Below, one piece after another: positions 9,111 to 20,498 of a DNA stretch of 64,000 nt (position 1 is its first letter; each line of letters starts with the position of its first letter). The notes under the pieces were generated by a model, which saw only the letters and a program-made list of their open reading frames with translations, ran no database searches and was not told the DNA's origin. The stretch spans positions 192,001 through 256,000 of the forward strand of contig JBMOMC010000002.1 of NCBI GenBank assembly GCA_049325335.1. Direction: 5' to 3'. Origin of the DNA: Nitrospirota bacterium. GTDB taxonomy: Bacteria; Nitrospirota; Nitrospiria; 2-01-FULL-66-17. The position numbers were made by a program, and so were the translations under genes.

Positions 9111-9758
9111 TCAGTCAACGGCGCGTCTGACCGGAATCGCCCCGGCTCCGGACGGCAGACGCGGCGTCATGCGCCGATAGAACTGGGTGACGACGGACCC
9201 CAGTGGTTTGCCTGATCCGCGCTCAATCACGCTCGCGATCAACCCCACGGCCAATGTCGCGGAGTTGGACTCGCGTCGGCCCAGGGCCGTGTCTTCCTTC
9301 ACGTGATCGTGATACTCCCAAATTTTCCGGCCGGAGCCGGATTCGTACATGGCAAACCCCGCCTCCACCTCGCTGTAGAGCGCCAACACGGTGCCGAATT
9401 TTTGCACCGTGCCGGTCAGCACCGCGTCCACGCCGAGCATGGCGCCGACCTTGGGGATCATCTCTTCGGTGACCTGCCCGCCCAGCGACACGCCGAATTG
9501 GTCGGACAACGCGCGATCTACCTCCTCCAGCGGCCGCGGTTCGTACCCCGCTTCTTTCAGGTGGTCGTGCATGGTCTCGCGCAAGTAGAGCGCGCCAGGC
9601 ACCGAGTTGGTTTGGTTGTCGAACGGGAGCACCGCGATCGTGCGCGGCGGCGTGATCCCTTCTCCGAACGGCACGTACGGACGGTGCCCGGCGCAGGCCG
9701 CCAGCGTGAGTGCGACGGCCGCGACCATGATCGCCTGGTGTCGTGGTGTGACGTACAT
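9111..9758 (-). CDS. GNA1162/DUF799-like lipoprotein
   Basis: Lipobox LAAC; IAVLPFDNQT and LGVDAVLTGTV motifs; start uncertain. Confidence 0.7.
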   Translation of the reverse strand: MYVTPRHQAIMVAAVALTLAACAGHRPYVPFGEGITPPRTIAVLPFDNQTNSVPGALYLRETMHDHLKEAGYEPRPLEEVDRALSDQFGVSLGGQVTEEMIPKVGAMLGVDAVLTGTVQKFGTVLALYSEVEAGFAMYESGSGRKIWEYHDHVKEDTALGRRESNSATLAVGLIASVIERGSGKPLGSVVTQFYRRMTPRLPSGAGAIPVRRAVD

Positions 9759-9895
9759 GTGGACCCCCATTGACGGGGCAAGCATAGGGGCACTCCCCCG
9801 GATTTGTAAAGGCCGATGGGCGTGGGTGGCGTGGGTCGGGGTATGGAGCATCCCGATACTCGGTCCGCTGACGGTGACGAGTATCATGACTCGTG

Positions 9896-9925
9896 TTGAC
9901 TTCGGGCAGCGCGCGGCCGTAGAAT
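9896..9925 (+). promoter_or_regulatory. sigma70 promoter of the thiC operon
   Basis: TTGACT-18-TAGAAT just upstream of the riboswitch. Confidence 0.6.
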
Positions 9926-9937
9926 CCAACCCTCATA

Positions 9938-10027
9938 TGCGCTGGGGGAGCCCTTTGGGGCTGAGAGTCCGCCGAGTCGGACAACCCTTTGAACCTGATC
10001 TGGATTATGCCAGCGAAGGGAAGCGGG
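9938..10027 (+). ncRNA. TPP riboswitch
   Basis: GGGG...GGCTGAGAG...ACCCTTTGAACCTGATCTGGATTATGCCAGCGAAGGGAAG upstream of thiC. Confidence 0.95.
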
Positions 10028-10039
10028 ATCTGTGATACA

Positions 10040-10075
10040 CAACCGCACCCAGGCCGGCGCGGTTGTTTTGTTTTG
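10040..10075 (+). terminator. Riboswitch attenuator terminator
   Basis: CAACCGCACC...GGCGCGGTTG hairpin plus TTTTGTTTT between aptamer and thiC. Confidence 0.65.
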
Positions 10076-10093
10076 TGCCCACGCGACGGATGA

Positions 10094-12046
<1,953 letters not shown>

Positions 12047-12053
12047 CGCCGCG

Positions 12054-12115
12054 GTGGTTCGACAGGCTCACCACGAACGGAGCGACGCTCCGTCTGCCCT
12101 GAGCGCGTCGAAGGG
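12054..12115. repeat. Palindromic intergenic element (TTCGACAGGCTCA...TGAGC..GTCGAAGGG type)
   Basis: Imperfect long hairpin resembling a widespread REP-like family; single copy in the window. Confidence 0.6.
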
Positions 12116-12138
12116 CCGCCGCACACGAGGTCACTGAC

Positions 12139-12957
12139 ATGAATCAAACACGCGCGATAGCATCCACCCGCGAACGCGACATCACCCGGGCGATTGCCCG
12201 CGAATATTTTCGTCAGTTCGACGACATGATCGAATCCGACGCAATCATCGTCGGCTCCGGCCCGTCGGGTCTGGTGTGCGGACGCGATCTGGCGCTGGCG
12301 GGTTTTAAGGTCGTCATCGTCGAGCAGATGAATCATTTGGGCGGCGGGTTCTGGAACGGCGGGTATCTCATGACCAAAGCCACCATCGCGGCGCCGGCGC
12401 ACGCGATTCTCGAAGAAGTCGGCGCGCCGTGCCAGGAGGTGGGGCCCGACATGTACATCGTGGACCCGCCACACGCCACCGCGAAGTTGATCGGCGCGGC
12501 GTACGACGCGGGCGTGAAAGTGATGAACTTCACCAAGGTCGTGGACCTGGTTTACCGTGCCGATCGCCTCGAAGGCGTGGTCGTGAACTGGACCCCGCTG
12601 GAAATGGTGGGCCACGACGTGGCGCACGTGGATCCCATCGCGCTGGAATCGCGGGTGGTGGTGGACGCCACGGGCCACGACGCGGTGGCGGTGGAGATGC
12701 TCGCCAAACGAGGCCTTCATCAGCCCGTGCCCGGCAACGGCGCGATGTGGGTGGATCAGTCCGAAGAAATCGTGATCAACAAAACCGGGGAGGTGTACCC
12801 GAATCTGTTCCTGGTCGGCTTGTCGGTCGCGGCCGTGTACGGTACGCCCCGCATGGGCCCGGCGTTCGGCGCGATGTTGTTATCCGGCCGCAAGGGGGCG
12901 GGGCAAATTGCGGCGAAATTGGCTGCGCAGTCGGGCGTTCAATCCCACCGCGGGTAA
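12139..12957 (+). CDS. thi4: Thi4-family thiazole synthase, non-Cys (sulfide-dependent) type
   Basis: GSGPSG, GGGFWNGG, HVDP, DATGHD, PRMGP motifs. Confidence 0.9.
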   Translation: MNQTRAIASTRERDITRAIAREYFRQFDDMIESDAIIVGSGPSGLVCGRDLALAGFKVVIVEQMNHLGGGFWNGGYLMTKATIAAPAHAILEEVGAPCQEVGPDMYIVDPPHATAKLIGAAYDAGVKVMNFTKVVDLVYRADRLEGVVVNWTPLEMVGHDVAHVDPIALESRVVVDATGHDAVAVEMLAKRGLHQPVPGNGAMWVDQSEEIVINKTGEVYPNLFLVGLSVAAVYGTPRMGPAFGAMLLSGRKGAGQIAAKLAAQSGVQSHRG

Positions 12958-12966
12958 GTCCGAACC

Positions 12967-12991
12967 GGGGCGTACGGCCGTACGCCCCTAC
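12967..12991. repeat. REP-like palindrome
   Basis: GGGGCGTACGGCCGTACGCCCCTAC (GTAG-type on the minus strand). Confidence 0.8.
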
Positions 12992-13004
12992 GAAAATCGA
13001 AGAC

Positions 13005-13025
13005 GGACGTTTTGAGCAGCCAGCA
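13005..13025. repeat. Isolated end of the MITE-like repeat
   Basis: GGACGTTTTGAGCAGCC is identical to the right end of the 14643-14763 element. Confidence 0.6.
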
Positions 13026-13057
13026 GGGATTGTGGAGTTCTGAGGTTTTATGAACCT

Positions 13058-13082
13058 GTAGGGGCGTATCGCATATGCCCCT
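13058..13082. repeat. GTAG REP-like palindrome
   Basis: GTAGGGGCGTATCGCATATGCCCCT. Confidence 0.7.
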
Positions 13083-13086
13083 CGGT

Positions 13087-13824
13087 CTAGTTGGCCAAAC
13101 CGAAACCGAACGACGACGTCGCCCAATCACCGATCGCGGCAAACGAGTTGGTCATCAGCAGCAGCCCGATGACGATCAGCAACACCGCGGTGACTCGGGT
13201 GACCACCGGCATATACGGCGCGAGGCGGCGGTATGAGGTTAAAAATCGCTCCACCGCGATCGCGGAGAGAAACAGCGGAACGCCCAGTCCCAACGAGTAG
13301 GCGAGCAACAATGTGGCGCCGGCTTCGGTGGATTCGGTCGAGGCGGCCATGGTCAAAATGCCCGCGAGCACCGGTCCCACACAGGGGGTCCACCCCGCGG
13401 CAAAGATCATCCCGACCAGAAACGTGCCCAACATGCCCGCGGGCCGCGCGGAAAGGTGAACCCGCCGCTCGCGCGCGAGCCAGTGTAATGGAAGCCACCC
13501 GCCCACGTAGAGCCCGAACAACACCACCAACCCGCCGCCGATCATCCGGATAATGTGTTGGTAGTCGAGCAACCACTGGCCGAACGCGCTGGCGGACAAT
13601 CCCAAGAGCGCGAACATGGTGGAGAAGCCGGCGATAAAGAGGAGCGAGTTCACAATGGTCTTGGTGCGCACGCGCGCGGTGTGGCCCTGGGTGGTGAGCT
13701 CCTCGAACGAGAGTCCGGTGATATATCCCACGTAGGAGGGCACCAATGGCAATACGCAGGGCGACGCGAACGACAACAGCCCCCCGGAAAACGCCATGGC
13801 CAATGAAACCGATTGTCCGTCCAT
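13087..13824 (-). CDS. ccdA: Cytochrome c biogenesis protein CcdA
   Basis: SFASPCVLPL and AGWTPCVGP Cys motifs; about 6 TM. Confidence 0.92.
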   Translation of the reverse strand: MDGQSVSLAMAFSGGLLSFASPCVLPLVPSYVGYITGLSFEELTTQGHTARVRTKTIVNSLLFIAGFSTMFALLGLSASAFGQWLLDYQHIIRMIGGGLVVLFGLYVGGWLPLHWLARERRVHLSARPAGMLGTFLVGMIFAAGWTPCVGPVLAGILTMAASTESTEAGATLLLAYSLGLGVPLFLSAIAVERFLTSYRRLAPYMPVVTRVTAVLLIVIGLLLMTNSFAAIGDWATSSFGFGLAN

Positions 13825-13836
13825 TAGGAGCCTTTC

Positions 13837-14622
13837 TTAGAGCATGCCAAAGGCGTGGGCGCCCGAGAACACATAGTTCACGCCGATAAACGTGAACAAG
13901 GTCAGCGGCACGCCCACCACCATCCACACCGCGAACCGGCGCACATCCACCGAGCCGACGTGAAACGCCGCGGCGTAGTACAACCACGTGATCAACGCCC
14001 AGGTCTCTTTGGGATCCCAGGCCCAAAAACTGCCCCACACCGTGTACGCCCAGATCGCGCCCAAGACGATGCCGGCTGAAAACAACGGAAACCCCACGCG
14101 CAACAGTCGGCCGATCGACAATGCGTAGTCGTCGCTGTTGCCGCCGCGTCGCCGCGCGCACAATGCGCACGCGCCGGTGAGCCCGGCCACCAGAAACGCG
14201 GCGTAGCCCAATACAGTCACGGGCACGTGGATCTGAATCCAAATGCTGTTGAGCGAGGGTAACAACGGTTTGAGGTCCGCGCCGCCCGTGGCCTGCGCGT
14301 ATGCCAGCAGCCCGGCCAGCGGGGTCAGCACCACCAATGCGGTGGTGGCCACCACCCCCGGCAAGCGCCGTCCCACCCACAACATGAGCCCCACGCAAAA
14401 CACGGTCATCAACGCCACGGCTTCGAACAAGTTCGCGGACGGGAAGTGGCCGTACCCTTGGAGCCAACTCTCCCACGCGCGCATGGACAGGCCGCCCACT
14501 CCGAACAAGAACGTAAAACCCGCGATCGGAACCTGGATCGTTCGCAGCCGCGGGATGAAGGCCGACGCGGCCAGCGCCACGCAGCCGAACAACATCACGT
14601 TCAATAACCAGAGGTGGGTCAT
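13837..14622 (-). CDS. ccsA: Cytochrome c synthase CcsA/ResC (System II)
   Basis: WIQIHV; WWD motif WAYTVWGSFWAWDPKETW; C-terminal HAF; RBS before ATG 14622. Confidence 0.92.
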   Translation of the reverse strand: MTHLWLLNVMLFGCVALAASAFIPRLRTIQVPIAGFTFLFGVGGLSMRAWESWLQGYGHFPSANLFEAVALMTVFCVGLMLWVGRRLPGVVATTALVVLTPLAGLLAYAQATGGADLKPLLPSLNSIWIQIHVPVTVLGYAAFLVAGLTGACALCARRRGGNSDDYALSIGRLLRVGFPLFSAGIVLGAIWAYTVWGSFWAWDPKETWALITWLYYAAAFHVGSVDVRRFAVWMVVGVPLTLFTFIGVNYVFSGAHAFGML

Positions 14623-14642
14623 CGCGTCATCCTCCCTCCTGG

Positions 14643-14763
14643 GCAGGCTGCTGAAAACGTCCATCTGCGGCGTTCTCGGTCGTCGGAAATCCTCACGTAC
14701 GAGTTAGTACGCTCCGGTTTCCTCCTCCCTGCGGCCTTGCATCTGGGACGTTTTGAGCAGCCT
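14643..14763. mobile_element. MITE-like element between resB and ccsA
   Basis: Ends AGGCTGCTGAAAACGTCC / GGACGTTTTGAGCAGCCT; near-identical core at 27650-27816. Confidence 0.8.
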
Positions 14764-14793
14764 ATTAGCATCACCGTATCTGTCAGCGTCCTG

Positions 14794-16026
14794 TTAAAGT
14801 AGACCAACGGCAGCCCCTTCCCGTTCCCTGACCACCACAGGGGCTGAAGCCGCGGGCCGGGTAGTCTGCTCTCTATTGCCAGTCAGATCGAGTGCTTTAA
14901 TCGGCGGGCGCGCCCGCATCGGCGCGCCGGTGGTTGGCGGTTTCCAGAACGCCAGCATCCACGCCACGCCCAGCACCACCAGCGTGCCGGACGCGAGCAA
15001 GACCATCAACCCGGGATAATACCGAATCTGAAGCCCGATGGCCTTACGCGGGTCGATCGAGCTCACCGTCAAATATTCGGAAAACGGCAGGGCCAGGGCC
15101 GCGTCGCGATCCGCCAACACGTGCACGGATTCAAACTCGCGTCCGCCCACGGGCCGGTAATCCACCACGTGTGACGCGGACTCATAACTCATCACCTCAT
15201 ACACACGGCCGTCGCGTCCCGTCACCTGGTACACAATGGCCCGGCCCACGTCGCGATCCCCGTCCGGCGTGCGGCGCGTGGCGTGCTCCTCGATGGTCAG
15301 CAACGAGATGGCGCCGGAAGTCGGCGCCTCGATGGTGCCACCCACCTCACCGGTATACGTCACCGACTGCATGGGGTCGGCAATCGAGCGGATACGGCCT
15401 TCCACGCGCGTCCCCACGAACCCAAACCGAAACAAGGAGAAACGATACCCGCGATAATCCAGCGGCGCCCCGACCCCTACGGCGGATGATCTGACCACCA
15501 TGTCACCTTCGGTCAGTTCCACACCGCCCACGAACTGTTTGACCTCGCCGGTTTCATAGTGCTCGGTGTTGAACGCGGTGGCCCGGACCGTGAACGGTAA
15601 GGTCAAGCGCCGCCCGTCATCGAGCCGCGCTTCGCGGCTCTCCGCGCCGATGGGCAATTCCATCACCGCTTCGACCGATCCGGACTTGGCGTAGCCGAAC
15701 GCGGCGATCAACACGACCAACCCGCCGTGCAGCACAAAAAATGCGCCGTGCGGCGTCTTCACCAGCAACCGCGCCAATTCACGCCGCGGGCGCTCGCCGG
15801 CGTGAGCCGCTTGTGCCACCATCACGGCCCGTTGAATCAGACTCATGGCCAACACAACGAGCAGGAGTGCAAACAATCCCCGTTCAACCATCACCACGCC
15901 GGTGAACACCCAGCGCGGCCAATCGGCCGGAAGGATCACTTCCACGCCAATGGCCGCCCCGAGCAGGGCCAGGAGCATCAGCCCCTGGCGCATGGTGGCT
16001 CGGTAGGTGAGCGGCGCAATACGCAT
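14794..16026 (-). CDS. resB: Cytochrome c biogenesis protein ResB/Ccs1-like
   Basis: LHGGL TM His, FNTEHYETGEVKQF, PLDYRGYRF, GLQIRYYPG; lies before ccsA. Confidence 0.8.
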   Translation of the reverse strand: MRIAPLTYRATMRQGLMLLALLGAAIGVEVILPADWPRWVFTGVVMVERGLFALLLVVLAMSLIQRAVMVAQAAHAGERPRRELARLLVKTPHGAFFVLHGGLVVLIAAFGYAKSGSVEAVMELPIGAESREARLDDGRRLTLPFTVRATAFNTEHYETGEVKQFVGGVELTEGDMVVRSSAVGVGAPLDYRGYRFSLFRFGFVGTRVEGRIRSIADPMQSVTYTGEVGGTIEAPTSGAISLLTIEEHATRRTPDGDRDVGRAIVYQVTGRDGRVYEVMSYESASHVVDYRPVGGREFESVHVLADRDAALALPFSEYLTVSSIDPRKAIGLQIRYYPGLMVLLASGTLVVLGVAWMLAFWKPPTTGAPMRARPPIKALDLTGNREQTTRPAASAPVVVREREGAAVGLL

Positions 16027-16028
16027 TG

Positions 16029-17045
16029 TTAGTGACCTTCCGGTCCCGCAGCGCCTTCTTGAATCCAACGCAAGAGTGTCTGATAGTCCCGGTCGTTCCG
16101 GCTCGTGGCGATCTTTCCGCCACCGTGGGATGTTTCAGGACCGAGCATTTTAGCCAGTAAGAGGCTATCCTCCGGATGATCGAGGTTGATCAACGGACGT
16201 CCGCTGATTCCGTGCCGAGGGAGCCCGGTTGCTTTGTCGATCACGGAGTCGTATTCAACGAGATCGAACTCGGCGGTGTAATCGTATTTTGTACCGGCGG
16301 CCTTGAGATCATCCGCGAGGAGCCGCTCCGCATTCGTCGGCGCGTGGCACGGGAGACACTTGGCACCGAAGATCGGTAAGACATCCCGATTAAACGAGAC
16401 TTTGCTGTTGGTATCCGACGGCAATGGCGCTTTGGGAGCCGCGGACCACGACCCTGCCCACATCGCGCCACGCCACACGAACGGCGTATGGTGCTGGTTA
16501 CACGAGCCGCTGGTCATCGTCACCATTGGCAACACCGTTCCATCCACCCCTAGGATCCAGGTTTTGTATGTGCGGGCCTTGGGGGTAGCGGTGCTGTTGG
16601 GATCCTCTGCGATAGGGGTTTGTGTCATGAAGTTGCCCGCGGCATTGGTGGTCATCGAAATTACATGACCCGCACCGTCGAGTAAGACGACTTCGGCGCC
16701 TGCGAGTGGTTCAGACCCGAGAAGGTCTTTGTAGACCGTTCCCGCCATCGTGAATGGGACCACGGCTGCCTTGGCGTTCGCCGTGTGGCACCTCAGACAG
16801 TCTTTCCCTTGGTAATGAAATTCGTTTGAGCCCTGCGTGTTATTTCCCTTCGCTTTATAGTTGTCGAACCCTACTCCGTTCGGCCGGTCGGGGACCGCCG
16901 CCACCGCCATATCCGAGGGTGTAAAGAGGGTCTGTAAGGCGACGGGCTCTTCCTCCCGTTGTTGAACGTCTCCTTCGGAGCTCGAAGCACATGCCGTGCA
17001 CAGCCAGATCAGGGCGAGGGCTGCAAGATAGTTGTTGCGTCGCAT
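16029..17045 (-). CDS. Lipoprotein c-type cytochrome (2 canonical and 1 variant heme motif)
   Basis: Lipoprotein-type signal (CTAC); CLRCH, CNQHH, CLPCH; C-terminal planctomycete-cytochrome-like VSFNRDVLPIF...WIQEGA. Confidence 0.8.
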   Translation of the reverse strand: MRRNNYLAALALIWLCTACASSSEGDVQQREEEPVALQTLFTPSDMAVAAVPDRPNGVGFDNYKAKGNNTQGSNEFHYQGKDCLRCHTANAKAAVVPFTMAGTVYKDLLGSEPLAGAEVVLLDGAGHVISMTTNAAGNFMTQTPIAEDPNSTATPKARTYKTWILGVDGTVLPMVTMTSGSCNQHHTPFVWRGAMWAGSWSAAPKAPLPSDTNSKVSFNRDVLPIFGAKCLPCHAPTNAERLLADDLKAAGTKYDYTAEFDLVEYDSVIDKATGLPRHGISGRPLINLDHPEDSLLLAKMLGPETSHGGGKIATSRNDRDYQTLLRWIQEGAAGPEGH

Positions 17046-17056
17046 GAACGTCCTCC

Positions 17057-18793
17057 TTACGGCTGGAACGACTGGATCACCGCCGCCCCGCTGTTGTCGT
17101 TGGAATTGGTGCCCGGCACGTCCGTAACCGTATCGACGGCGGTGGGGTCGCGATCCGGTACGCCTACGACCAAATCGGGAAGTGTCGATGAGGTCAAGTC
17201 ACCGGCCGCCAACGCCTGCCCCATTCGATCGTTGCCCCGTCCCATGAGTTCAACCCAGTCGTCATTGGCATCTTTGACGAGAATGTCATCGCCATGTGTT
17301 TCAATTTTCCACGCGAGGCTGGTCGGAAGATTGGTGTTGGTCAGGGCGCCCGGCGTGGGTTGCAGCACATTCGCTCCCGAGACGACATACACCCTTCCGG
17401 CGATGATCGAACCGAGGAGGACTCCATCCGCCCATGGCGCGCCCACCGCAAAATCAGGAACATCGTCGCCGTTGAGATCGTCGAGATTCACGGCGGAAGT
17501 TCCAAATTTATCCTGCAGTTTTTCTCCGGAAATAGCCGCCAGCGCGACCTTGGTCAGTTTGTTAATGCTGGTGATACTGGTGTGGTCGAAGGGCGTGAAC
17601 TTCGCCGAATTCAGAAGGTTTCCGTCGACGATGTACAGCCCGCCGGCCGTGATGGTATCTACTCGCACAAACGAGCTATTGGGCCCAGTGCGGCCCGGCA
17701 TCGTGATCTCGCGCCAGCCGTCTCCGTTCAGATCGCCAATCAGCGCCGGCGTCCCCTCTCCCAATGAACTCGTGCCGTCTCCAGTGATTGCGACCCGGGG
17801 TTCTCCAAATCCAACCGGATCTCCGTCCGGAAGGGGATCTTCGCTCCAACTCGTAAAGAAGGCGGACCCTGGGCGGGTGTGCCCGCCGGCTCCGGCTCCA
17901 GACGCCCAGATCATCAGATCGTCCTGTGTATCGGTTGTCATGGGATCTTGGATCTTATCGAGATTACCCAGGTTGAGTAAGCTGATACCGTAGAACGCCA
18001 GGTAACCTTCTCCGGGAGTGAGTTCGACCATCAGTTCGTGCTCAGGATCTGTTGCGAGCGCGTCAAGATGTTCAGCAATGGCCGAACCAGTAATAAGCGA
18101 CACGGCGCCGGTCATCTGGCCGTCTTCGGGGTGCATCCCCTCTTCCACGTGGCCGTGACCAGCGGTATACCAGGGCGACCCCACCACGATGTCTTGGAGG
18201 TCGTCACCGTCAAAGTCTCCAACTTCAATTGCCCTCCCGAAATGCTCGCGGTATTGCGTTCCGCAGGCTTCGACCGTGGCCTCATGAGCCTCAATGACAC
18301 CCGGCATGATCGGTCCTTCGAATATGTAGACGCACCCCGATCGATAACTGTCGTGCCCGGAGGCGAACATTGCCGAGACAATGACATCCGGCGAGCCGTT
18401 GCCGACCACGTTCGCAACCTTGATCGCGGTTCCAAACCGATCGTCGGGGTCTTCGCCATGGATAATGGTGGAGGGAGTGGAGCCCAAGCCACCGGGATCG
18501 CCGGTGTAGATCAAGACCCGCCCTTTTGGTCCGCTGGGTTCAGCACTCGCCGTGTTTTGGTTGGCTCCGTCGGTATGCGGAGCACCGGCATCGTACGCCG
18601 GAGCGCCGACGAGTAAATCTTGCACCGAGTCCCCAGTGACGTCGGCCACTGCGACCGCGTACCCTGCTCGGCCTTGTGGGTCTGGACCCTGGAGGAATAT
18701 GGCTGGGAGCATGGTCAGCGCCCATGCGGTGCCGGCTGCAAGGCCGACGATCGCGGCGCCCAGGCCCAGGTGTGTGGTGGTACGAGTCTTCAT
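17057..18793 (-). CDS. Secreted FG-GAP (integrin-alpha-like) beta-propeller protein
   Basis: Signal peptide; about 6-7 repeats FG...DxxGDxxxDxxVGAP. Confidence 0.85.
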   Translation of the reverse strand: MKTRTTTHLGLGAAIVGLAAGTAWALTMLPAIFLQGPDPQGRAGYAVAVADVTGDSVQDLLVGAPAYDAGAPHTDGANQNTASAEPSGPKGRVLIYTGDPGGLGSTPSTIIHGEDPDDRFGTAIKVANVVGNGSPDVIVSAMFASGHDSYRSGCVYIFEGPIMPGVIEAHEATVEACGTQYREHFGRAIEVGDFDGDDLQDIVVGSPWYTAGHGHVEEGMHPEDGQMTGAVSLITGSAIAEHLDALATDPEHELMVELTPGEGYLAFYGISLLNLGNLDKIQDPMTTDTQDDLMIWASGAGAGGHTRPGSAFFTSWSEDPLPDGDPVGFGEPRVAITGDGTSSLGEGTPALIGDLNGDGWREITMPGRTGPNSSFVRVDTITAGGLYIVDGNLLNSAKFTPFDHTSITSINKLTKVALAAISGEKLQDKFGTSAVNLDDLNGDDVPDFAVGAPWADGVLLGSIIAGRVYVVSGANVLQPTPGALTNTNLPTSLAWKIETHGDDILVKDANDDWVELMGRGNDRMGQALAAGDLTSSTLPDLVVGVPDRDPTAVDTVTDVPGTNSNDNSGAAVIQSFQP

Positions 18794-18861
18794 TGCATTC
18801 TCCTCTGAGTTGGCTTCCAGACCACCTTGCTCGGCGTTTTCTTCACTTTCGGTCCTCGCGG

Positions 18862-19296
18862 TCAAAAGATCCGTCCGGTGGTGTCAGGATCTGTCACATC
18901 AATTGGTACGTGGCACGTGTTGCAGGGTGCGCGGTCCGGCATGGGGTGCGGCCCGCTGCTGGGTCCGGATCCCACCCGGAAAAGGTAATCGCCCGAATAG
19001 GTTCCCATGCTCCAGAAATTGGCCTGCTCGTCGGCCACAATGCCGACCTCAGGGCCGCTGGGCGGGGTGACCCAGAGGGTGGCACCCGGCACGCGCGCGC
19101 TGCCAGCCAAGCCGTCGTATACCGTGCCCCCGATCGTAAAGCCGGCGTGGCACGCGGATTGTGTACAGTTCGGGCCGACCATATGAATGGCGGTCAGTTC
19201 GGCGTTGAACGAGTTCTGATCGCCGCAGCCGACCAATGCCACGGCCATGATCAGGCCGGCGGTTCCAAGTCCTAGTCGTCTTGTCATGGTCTCCAT
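18862..19296 (-). CDS. Small diheme lipoprotein cytochrome c
   Basis: Lipobox LVGC; CTQSACH (CX4CH) and CNTCH; FTIGGTVY shared with 16029-17045. Confidence 0.8.
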   Translation of the reverse strand: METMTRRLGLGTAGLIMAVALVGCGDQNSFNAELTAIHMVGPNCTQSACHAGFTIGGTVYDGLAGSARVPGATLWVTPPSGPEVGIVADEQANFWSMGTYSGDYLFRVGSGPSSGPHPMPDRAPCNTCHVPIDVTDPDTTGRIF

Positions 19297-19298
19297 CG

Positions 19299-20498
19299 CT
19301 AAAACCTCGTCATGAGGCCGACTTCAATGACCTTGGCGTTCAAGCCGGGCCGCTGTTCGTAGGCATCGATTTTGGCGTTAAATTCGGTCCGGTCGAACCA
19401 TGGGAGTTGCCAGGCCGAGGTGCTGACCTTGATCCCGTAGAGATGGGCTCGGAACGGACGCAGTTTGCCGTCGATGGTCTTGAATCCCGCGGCCGGATCC
19501 GGGCTGACGACCCAGAAGTCCGCGCCGGATTGGTCGTACCAACGGTATTCCAGCCGCCCGACCCAGAAGTCGCCGAAGTATTGATACCAGGACGCCCCGG
19601 CGGTGTGGGATGAGATACCCCACGTGTCGCGGTAGTAGCGGTAATGGGTGTGTAGGGCCGAGCGGCTTTCAAAATACCGGATTAGCCGTCCCACCATGGC
19701 CGCGCGTTGTCGCTCGGTCGGGTGGACCTCTTCGGACCAGGTGCCGTCTGAATTGGTCACGATGTTCTCCGGGTGCGCCAGGTAGCCTTGCTGACGAGCC
19801 CAGTACACGTTGCCTTGGGCCACCATCTTGGGCGAGAGCACTTGCGCCACGGTGACCACCACCGCATCCAGCGATACATCTTGCGGGAACGGCCGGGTGT
19901 CCGCGATCTTGAGCGTGTCGATCTCGTCGCGGTTGATGGTGTAGGCCAAGCCGAGCGTGGTGTTGCGCTCGAAAAATTCGCGTTGTACGGAGAGGGTCGC
20001 GAAGTCGGAATTGTAGTTGGGCTCCCGACTCACCCCGCCGCTGATGCCGAAGACGTTCACGCCAGACGTGTACGTGGCGCCCAAGCCGCCTTCGTGGCGG
20101 TACTCCCATTGCGTGGCCGGGGTGGCGCCGGTCACGCCGTCCACGCGCCACGTGGCGGACGTGACCCCATCCACCCCGTAGTGCGCGTTGACCTCCACGC
20201 GTTCCGTCACACCCTGTTTGTACGTGACCAAGGTCTGCGGGGTCGTGTTGCCTTCGGACGCCCCGAAAAAGATGCTCTGGTTGTCGGAAAAGTAACTGTA
20301 CTTAATGACCAATTGCGCCTGCGGAACCGACTGGGCGAACGCAGGCGCGGGGGACAGAAACAGTATGGTTGTGAGGAACAGGAGCGTTCCAGATGACAGG
20401 AGTCTTCCGGTCCGGTTGACGGTCGGCACGTTCCGTGTCGGTTCGGGCGCACAGCCGTGCGCCCGCCCAGCGGACCTATGGCGACTAATTGCAGCCAC
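19299..20498 (-). CDS. DUF3570-family outer-membrane beta-barrel
   Basis: VDGVTSAT/VDGVTGAT, SREPNY, YRYYRDTWGISSHT, C-terminal Phe; follows DUF4266; start uncertain. Confidence 0.85.
   Translation of the reverse strand: MAAISRHRSAGRAHGCAPEPTRNVPTVNRTGRLLSSGTLLFLTTILFLSPAPAFAQSVPQAQLVIKYSYFSDNQSIFFGASEGNTTPQTLVTYKQGVTERVEVNAHYGVDGVTSATWRVDGVTGATPATQWEYRHEGGLGATYTSGVNVFGISGGVSREPNYNSDFATLSVQREFFERNTTLGLAYTINRDEIDTLKIADTRPFPQDVSLDAVVVTVAQVLSPKMVAQGNVYWARQQGYLAHPENIVTNSDGTWSEEVHPTERQRAAMVGRLIRYFESRSALHTHYRYYRDTWGISSHTAGASWYQYFGDFWVGRLEYRWYDQSGADFWVVSPDPAAGFKTIDGKLRPFRAHLYGIKVSTSAWQLPWFDRTEFNAKIDAYEQRPGLNAKVIEVGLMTRF

Noticed and set aside
14623..14807. ccsA start at 14664 and small ORFs 14614..14802 and 14619..14807
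   Set aside because: These read through the MITE-like repeat; the RBS supports ATG 14622.
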